Shown here piece after piece: positions 58,431-64,000 of a stretch of 64,000 nt of DNA; position 1 is the stretch's first letter, and every line of letters starts with the position of its first letter. Source of the DNA: Candidatus Eiseniibacteriota bacterium (GTDB lineage Bacteria; Eisenbacteria; RBG-16-71-46); assembly GCA_041483195.1 (NCBI GenBank), contig JBGPFC010000004.1, positions 1 to 64,000 on the forward strand. Reading direction: 5' to 3'. The position numbers and the translations under genes are program-made. Under the pieces are notes generated by a model. That model was not told the origin of the DNA and searched no databases. It was given only the letters and a program-made list of their open reading frames with translations.

Positions 58431-59236
58431 ATCGCTCTCGAGGTATCGGTCCGGGGCGCGCGGCGCTCGGGATGACGGGCGTGATGATCGCGGTCCTCGT
58501 CACGGGCTGCTTCAACCCGTTCAGCCCGAAGGTCGCGCCCAATCGCGGCGTCTCCAAGGCCCCGCCCGCGCCCAGCTCCGCCGAGGGCGTCGTGCGTCTG
58601 TTCGAGTGGTGCTGGAACAATCAGGACATCGATCAGTACCAGGAGATCTTCACCGACGATTTCAAGTTCCAGTTCGGGGCCACCGACACCGCGGGAAACG
58701 CGTTCCGCGATCGCGCGCTCACCCGGGGGGACGAGATCGACACCGAGCGCCACCTGTTCGTCGGCGGAAGCCCGACCGAGCGACCGGCGAACAAGATCTC
58801 GCTCGTCCTCGACCAGAATCTCATCGCGCAGACGGATAGCCGGCCCGGCAAGCAGGACTTCACGTACCACCGGGAGATCCTGACCCAGGTCGTGCTCAAG
58901 ATCGAGACCGATGCCGAGAGCTTCCAGGTGACGGGGGCCGCGCGATTCTTCGTGATCCGCGGCGATTCCGCGATCATCCCCGGCGACATGCTCCAGAAGG
59001 GGTTCCGCCGCGACTCGAAGCGCTGGTACATCGAGCGCTGGGAGGACGAGACCGTCGGCAGCGTGGCTCAGGCCGCGGCGCGCCACGCCCCGGGCCCGGA
59101 AGCGCGCGCGGTGCGGGCCTCGATCGCGGCGGAGCCGGCCGCGGCATCGCTGGCGCGAACCGCGGCCCCGGGAGAGGCGCAGAACCTGAACGTCACCTGG
59201 GGATTCGTGAAGCGCACGTACTATCCGCGGCGCTAG
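58427..59236 (+). CDS. Hypothetical lipoprotein (NTF2-like fold suspected)
   Basis: Lipobox VTGC, YQEIFTDDFKF and WYIERWED. Confidence 0.7.
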   Translation: MNRSRGIGPGRAALGMTGVMIAVLVTGCFNPFSPKVAPNRGVSKAPPAPSSAEGVVRLFEWCWNNQDIDQYQEIFTDDFKFQFGATDTAGNAFRDRALTRGDEIDTERHLFVGGSPTERPANKISLVLDQNLIAQTDSRPGKQDFTYHREILTQVVLKIETDAESFQVTGAARFFVIRGDSAIIPGDMLQKGFRRDSKRWYIERWEDETVGSVAQAAARHAPGPEARAVRASIAAEPAAASLARTAAPGEAQNLNVTWGFVKRTYYPRR

Positions 59237-59420
59237 CCACCGGGCAGGGCCCGCGCCGCGGGCGCGATCCGCGGGCCGAGTTTGTCGCGTTTCCGCGGGC
59301 CGATCTATACTGCGCGCCGCCTTTCCGGATGCGCCGTTCTCGCGACCCCACGCATCGCCCACCGGCCGCACGCTGCGGCCTCTCGAAACCGCGGCTCACG
59401 CGAGCCCGGCGGAGGACGCC

Positions 59421-60689
59421 ATGCCCGATGAAGGCGCCAACATTCAAAGAGAGCTCAACCCGCTCGCCAACGCCGAACGCCAGTTCGACGAGGCGGCGTC
59501 CCGGCTCAATCTCCCGGAGGGCATCCGGGAGGTCATCAAGCATCCGCGGCGCGCGACGATCGTTTCGCTCCCGGTCCACATGGACGACGGCACGCTGCGG
59601 GTGTTCACCGGCTACCGCGTCCAGCACTCGATCGTGCGCGGCCCGGCGAAGGGCGGCATCCGCTACCACCCCGACGTCACCCTCGACGAAGTGGCCGCGC
59701 TCGCGGCGTGGATGACGTGGAAGTGCGCGGTGGTCAACATCCCGTTCGGGGGCGGCAAGGGCGGCGTCATCTGCGATCCGTCTCGGATGTCGAAGGGCGA
59801 GCTCGAGCGCCTCACCCGGCGCTACGCCGCGGATCTGTCGGACCTGTTCGGGCCCGAGAGCGACGTCCCAGCCCCCGACGTGAACACCAACGAGCAGGTG
59901 ATGGCCTGGATCGTCGACACCTACTCGATGCACGAGCGGCGCACGGAGTACGCGGTGGTCACGGGCAAGCCGCTCGAGGTCGGCGGCTCGGCCGGGCGAC
60001 GCGAGGCGACGGGTCGCGGAGTGATGTTCTGCGTCCGCGAGGCCTGCCAGCACCTGGGATTCTCCCTCAGCGGCGCCCGGGTCGCGGTGCAGGGGTTTGG
60101 AAACGTGGGCTCGGTCTCGGCCGACCTCATGACGCGCGAGGGCGCGAAGATCGTGGCGGTCTCCGACGTGAGCGGCGGCGTGCACGAGCCGAACGGGATC
60201 GACGTCGCGGCGCTCATGAAGTGGGTGGCCGATCACCGCGGGGTCGCGGGCTTCCCGGGCGCCAGGCCGCTCACGGCGCCGATCGTCGAGTACGACTGCG
60301 ACATCCTGATCCCGGCGGCGCTGGAGAACCAGATCACCGCCGAGAACGCGAAACGCGTGCGGGCCCGGATCATCGCCGAGGGCGCGAACGGGCCCACCAC
60401 TCCGGACGCCGACGGGATCCTGTCGAAGATGGGAGCGTTCGTCATCCCGGACATTCTCTGCAATTCGGGCGGGGTCACGGTCTCGTACTTCGAGTGGGTG
60501 CAGAATCGCATGGGATTCTACTGGACCGAGGCCGAGGTCAACGCGCGGCTCGAGCAGTACATGGTGCAGGCGTTCCAGGACGTGCTGAAGAAGGCGCTCG
60601 AGCACAAGGTGAACATGCGGGTGGCCGCCTTCATGGTGGCGATCGAGCGGGTGGTGAAGGTGATCATGCTGCGCGGGGTGTACGCGTAG
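59421..60689 (+). CDS. gdhA: Glu/Leu/Phe/Val dehydrogenase (glutamate dehydrogenase)
   Basis: GPAKGGIRYHP, MTWKCA, GGGKGG, DVPAPD, QGFGNVG, EGANGPTT and VSYFEWVQN motifs. Confidence 0.95.
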   Translation: MPDEGANIQRELNPLANAERQFDEAASRLNLPEGIREVIKHPRRATIVSLPVHMDDGTLRVFTGYRVQHSIVRGPAKGGIRYHPDVTLDEVAALAAWMTWKCAVVNIPFGGGKGGVICDPSRMSKGELERLTRRYAADLSDLFGPESDVPAPDVNTNEQVMAWIVDTYSMHERRTEYAVVTGKPLEVGGSAGRREATGRGVMFCVREACQHLGFSLSGARVAVQGFGNVGSVSADLMTREGAKIVAVSDVSGGVHEPNGIDVAALMKWVADHRGVAGFPGARPLTAPIVEYDCDILIPAALENQITAENAKRVRARIIAEGANGPTTPDADGILSKMGAFVIPDILCNSGGVTVSYFEWVQNRMGFYWTEAEVNARLEQYMVQAFQDVLKKALEHKVNMRVAAFMVAIERVVKVIMLRGVYA

Positions 60690-60763
60690 GCAATCTTCGA
60701 CAGCGGGCGATGCGTCGACGGCCCGGGGGCTCCGCGCTCCCGGGCCTCTGCGTTGGTGCGCGG

Positions 60764-60804
60764 GAGAAAGAAGCGCGGGGGCGTCCGATGGACCGCCCCC
60801 GCGC
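60764..60804 (-). terminator. Intrinsic terminator after the outer-membrane protein gene
   Basis: GCGCGGGGGCG / CGCCCCCGCGC stem followed on the minus strand by TTCTTTCTC. Confidence 0.65.
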
Positions 60805-60827
60805 GTGCTTCAGCCGTTCCGGTGCGG

Positions 60828-62144
60828 CTAGAACGGATAGGTTGCCGTGACCTTCGGGAAGAAACCGCCGGTCGGCGTCGCGCCGCCCAGCAGCCCGTTC
60901 GCGTACGAGTACGAGTTGTCCGCCATGACCGCGTCGAACATCAGCGAACCAACCTTGACCCCGCAGCCGATGTTCATGTCGAACGTCGTGCCGGTGGTCT
61001 CGAACTTGCCGCGCGTGCTGCGCGTGTACTCGTTCTTCAGCTTGCTGTACGCGCCCTTGCTGGCGCCCATCCGCAGCGTGAGCCACGAATTCACGTGGGT
61101 CTCGAGCGCGGCGAACATGCGGGGCATGACGCTCTCGGTGACGGTGGTCGAGTCGGTCGCTCCGCTTCCCGCGAACGAGAAGATGGGATCGATCTGGTCG
61201 GCCTTGTTCTGGATGAAGTCGATACCCCAGACCAGCATGTCGTTCGAGGCCAGCGCCCAGTTGGCCGCCGCACCGATCTGCCAGCCCTTGAGGGAGTTGT
61301 CGAACGTGCTCGTGGTGCCGCCCGTGATCGACTTGCGCGACAGATCATAGGAGTACCACTTGAAGATCGGCGTCACCATGACGTTCGGCTGCCACTGCCA
61401 CATCGCACGGGCCGAGAACAAGTAGCTGGTGGGGCTGTCCTCGCTGCCGTTCGTTGCGCCGCCGATCGGTGACACCGTGCTCTCCCAGGTACGGCTCTGG
61501 TAGAGCAGCGCCAGCTCGACGTTCGTGTTCGGGTTCATCTCGAATCCGACACCGCCACCCAGACCCATGATGTTGCGGGCCAGGTTCTGGCCCTGCGGCG
61601 TGCCACCGCCGCTCGGATCGAAACCGAGCGTCGTCGTCACGGCGGGGTTGGAAGCGACGGTCTGGTAGAAGGAGCGATTGAGGCGGGCGCCGATCGAGGT
61701 GCCGCCCAGCTTCCTTCCCCACATGATGTCGAACTCTTCGTTGTTGTTCGTGTTCGGGTCGCCACTCGGGTTGATGGAGCCCCCCACGGACCCGGTCAGA
61801 TCGCCGTGGCCGAGTTCCGGCGTGGACTGGCGAAGATGGAACGCCCACGTGCCGAACTTGCCATCGCAGATGTTGCCCATCACCGAGCCCACTGAACGGT
61901 CGTTGACCGTGCCCGGGTTCAGGAACGAGCCGCCGCCGAACGTGTTGCCGACTTCGGCGTAGAACAGGTTGCCGACGTTCGAAACCTGTGACGGATACGT
62001 GTAGATACTCGTGTAGTCCTTCACGTAGTCACCCTGCAGCGTCATGCCCTCAAGGCGCGAGGTCTGGGCCGAAGCCACGACCGGAAGCGCGATGGCGAGC
62101 GCGACTGCGAGGGCGACCGACTTCTTGATCCAGCGAGACGACAT
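60828..62144 (-). CDS. Outer-membrane porin-like beta-barrel
   Basis: SD AAGGAGG, signal peptide ending ASA, amphipathic strands and C-terminal VTATYPF. Confidence 0.8.
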   Translation of the reverse strand: MSSRWIKKSVALAVALAIALPVVASAQTSRLEGMTLQGDYVKDYTSIYTYPSQVSNVGNLFYAEVGNTFGGGSFLNPGTVNDRSVGSVMGNICDGKFGTWAFHLRQSTPELGHGDLTGSVGGSINPSGDPNTNNNEEFDIMWGRKLGGTSIGARLNRSFYQTVASNPAVTTTLGFDPSGGGTPQGQNLARNIMGLGGGVGFEMNPNTNVELALLYQSRTWESTVSPIGGATNGSEDSPTSYLFSARAMWQWQPNVMVTPIFKWYSYDLSRKSITGGTTSTFDNSLKGWQIGAAANWALASNDMLVWGIDFIQNKADQIDPIFSFAGSGATDSTTVTESVMPRMFAALETHVNSWLTLRMGASKGAYSKLKNEYTRSTRGKFETTGTTFDMNIGCGVKVGSLMFDAVMADNSYSYANGLLGGATPTGGFFPKVTATYPF

Positions 62145-62328
62145 AATTCAAAGCCTCCTTGGCGAGATTCGTGTGAGAGCTACGAGTGCCACGATGCAGA
62201 ATGCAAGCCGGTACGTGGCCTGTTCACTACAACGCGGTGTCGGTCGAAGCCCCACCTCCTTTCAGAGCCGTCTTGAATACTTTCGATCAAGCGAATAGCC
62301 CCATCACTTCCGTGGGATGAGGCACATG

Positions 62329-62369
62329 AAAAAGCCAGGACCACACCTCCCTCATGGAAGGATCCTGGC
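62329..62369 (-). terminator. Intrinsic terminator after NlpC/P60
   Basis: GCCAGGA...TCCTGGC stem followed by TTTTT on the minus strand. Confidence 0.6.
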
Positions 62370-62408
62370 GAACGCCCGAAGCAACTTAGGAAAGTTCCCG
62401 AAACCTTG

Positions 62409-63269
62409 TCAAGCCGATTCTCCGGTTTGGAGCCCCCGGAAGGGCCTCCCGGAGGGTGCTTTTCGGGGTCTTCCGAAGCCGCTCAACTGAGGCATCAACG
62501 CCATGTCGCACAACGGGTTATCGATGTCCAACGAGCTCACACGGACATACCCCCTGGCATGGGCAAAATACCCCCCCCCAATGATCAGCCCGACGTGCCC
62601 GGCGGGCCCCCCCGGAACACCGAAAAAAACCAGATCGCCGGTCCGGGGGGAATCTCCGGTCTTGAGCCTCGAACACGCGCGAAATTGTTCCTGAGCGTCG
62701 CGAGGAAGCGCGAGTCCCTGTTCGAGCAGCACCTGCTGGGTGAATCCCGAGCAATCGAATCCCAGCGGGGTTCGTCCGCCCCACAGATAGGGCACTCCGA
62801 GGAGGCTCCGCACCCGCGCGACCAGATCGATCCGAGCGGGGCCCGAATGGAGCGCCGCGCTCGCGACCCAGCCCCGGCGTCCGTCCGGCAATTCCACCGG
62901 ACGAGACTTCCCCCGCGCGCGCCCGGCGATCACGCGGCTGTTCAGCACCAGCGGGCTCACGAGCGTCGAGGACCCGGGGCTCGCCACGATTTCGGAGAAC
63001 GGCCGCACGGCCCGCGCCCGCGCCCGGCGGGCCCATCGCATGGCCCGGGTCCGCGAGGCCCCGACCAGGCCCCAGGTCTTCACCCATCCACGGTCGCCGT
63101 CCGCGAGATTCTGCACGCGCCACCAGGAGCCCGCGGCCGCGCCACTCAGCACCCGAACCACCTCGCCGAGCAGCAACTGGCTCGCGAGCTCGCTCCGATG
63201 ATCGGGCCTGCGTCGCAAGTCCAGGGCGGCCAGGCTCACCACCGCGTGACTGGGACGGCGGGCGCTCAT
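62409..63269 (-). CDS. SH3 + NlpC/P60 (C40) peptidase
   Basis: SQLLLGE, GWV (twice), PYLWGG, FDCSGF, LPRDAQEQ, GDLVFF and HVG motifs. Confidence 0.9.
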   Translation of the reverse strand: MSARRPSHAVVSLAALDLRRRPDHRSELASQLLLGEVVRVLSGAAAGSWWRVQNLADGDRGWVKTWGLVGASRTRAMRWARRARARAVRPFSEIVASPGSSTLVSPLVLNSRVIAGRARGKSRPVELPDGRRGWVASAALHSGPARIDLVARVRSLLGVPYLWGGRTPLGFDCSGFTQQVLLEQGLALPRDAQEQFRACSRLKTGDSPRTGDLVFFGVPGGPAGHVGLIIGGGYFAHARGYVRVSSLDIDNPLCDMALMPQLSGFGRPRKAPSGRPFRGLQTGESA

Positions 63270-64000
63270 TCCGGGATCGGAGTGATGAGCAGGTACCGTC
63301 CGAAGCCCTCGCGATCTTCGAACACCAGCCTCCGATAGGGCCGGTTGTAGTACCAGATTTCCTGCTGCACGGTCTGCGAGCTCGCGGGCCGGGTCTCGAC
63401 CTGATCGGGCGGACCGAGCTTGATGTAGATCCTCCCCATGTCGGACCGCCATCCCGGGCCGAACCCCTGAAAATGCTGCTCCGCGTAATGCACCCGCCGG
63501 AAGAACTCGAGCATTGCCTCGTTGCGCGCAGTCTCCGGGGTGGGGTCGCGCCGGCGCCAGAATGCGTCCCAGCCTGCCGGCTGCTGCTCGGGGGGGAGCG
63601 CCCGCAGGGCCTCGATCTCACCCGCATCCGCGATGTAGCCGAGTGGCTCGAGCATGCGCTCGAACTCGCGCCCCCGTGGCGGACCGCTCTCCTCCACCTC
63701 GAACGAGCGCTCGACCCGCCAGCGCGAATGACCCTCGACCAGATCGAGCTGGAAGACATAGGAGCCGACGAAGAGCTCGGAGGCCGGCGGGCGGATGATC
63801 ACCGGCTGCGCCGATCGATCGACGCTCGCCTCCTGACTCCCGTTCGACAGCTCGTCCCCGCGCTCGTCGATGATCCGGTAGCGAAAGGAGTAGCGGCGCG
63901 GCCAGGAGCCGGGACGGCGGTCGAACACCGCGGCTCGCGCCGCGAGCCGCGAGGCATTCATGCCGAGCCGTCGCGTCGGCATCGCGACGAATGCCCCCGA
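63266..64000 (-). CDS. GWxTD domain protein (5' end outside the window)
   Basis: FWRRRDPTPETARNE, GWRSDMGRIYIKLGPPD and EIWYY. Confidence 0.85.
   Translation of the reverse strand, partial: SGAFVAMPTRRLGMNASRLAARAAVFDRRPGSWPRRYSFRYRIIDERGDELSNGSQEASVDRSAQPVIIRPPASELFVGSYVFQLDLVEGHSRWRVERSFEVEESGPPRGREFERMLEPLGYIADAGEIEALRALPPEQQPAGWDAFWRRRDPTPETARNEAMLEFFRRVHYAEQHFQGFGPGWRSDMGRIYIKLGPPDQVETRPASSQTVQQEIWYYNRPYRRLVFEDREGFGRYLLITPIPE

Noticed and set aside
1..64000. CRISPR arrays, tRNA/rRNA genes, transposases, and the many long antisense or alternative-frame ORFs
   Set aside because: No spaced repeats or RNA gene signatures were seen by eye; long shadow ORFs are expected at this GC content.

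Overview
High-GC, Gram-negative bacterial chromosome window; the GWxTD protein and a Fibrobacter-type LexA-like box suggest an FCB-related lineage (inference). Core blocks: fba-fbp, an ECF sigma/anti-sigma/PDZ trio, a DUF6504-dinB-DUF72 SOS cassette, mrp-iscS-pdxST-nrnA-ccmABCDEF, radical SAM-metallophosphoesterase-methyltransferase, mreBCD-mrdA-rodA-lgt-aroE-comF-cbiMQO-rarA, gdhA, outer-membrane proteins, NlpC/P60 and GWxTD. An accessory region of about 19 kb (24.55-43.5 kb) lies between the convergent methyltransferase and rarA genes and carries decayed duplicate fragments of both. Its visibly lower-GC right half looks like a defence island: a DRT2 (UG2)-type reverse transcriptase, a REase-like + PIN-like protein and an NDT/TIR-like protein. 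The main finding is an approximately 280-nt structured ncRNA upstream of the RT that hides a circularly permuted antisense gene. Joining ACA(37945-37947) back to ACA(37807-37809) gives a 138-nt repeat that is stop-free (46 codons) and creates a TTGCAG-N17-TATGAT promoter at the junction, i.e. a predicted divergent, membrane-type Neo. All calls come from reading motifs by eye; no searches were run.
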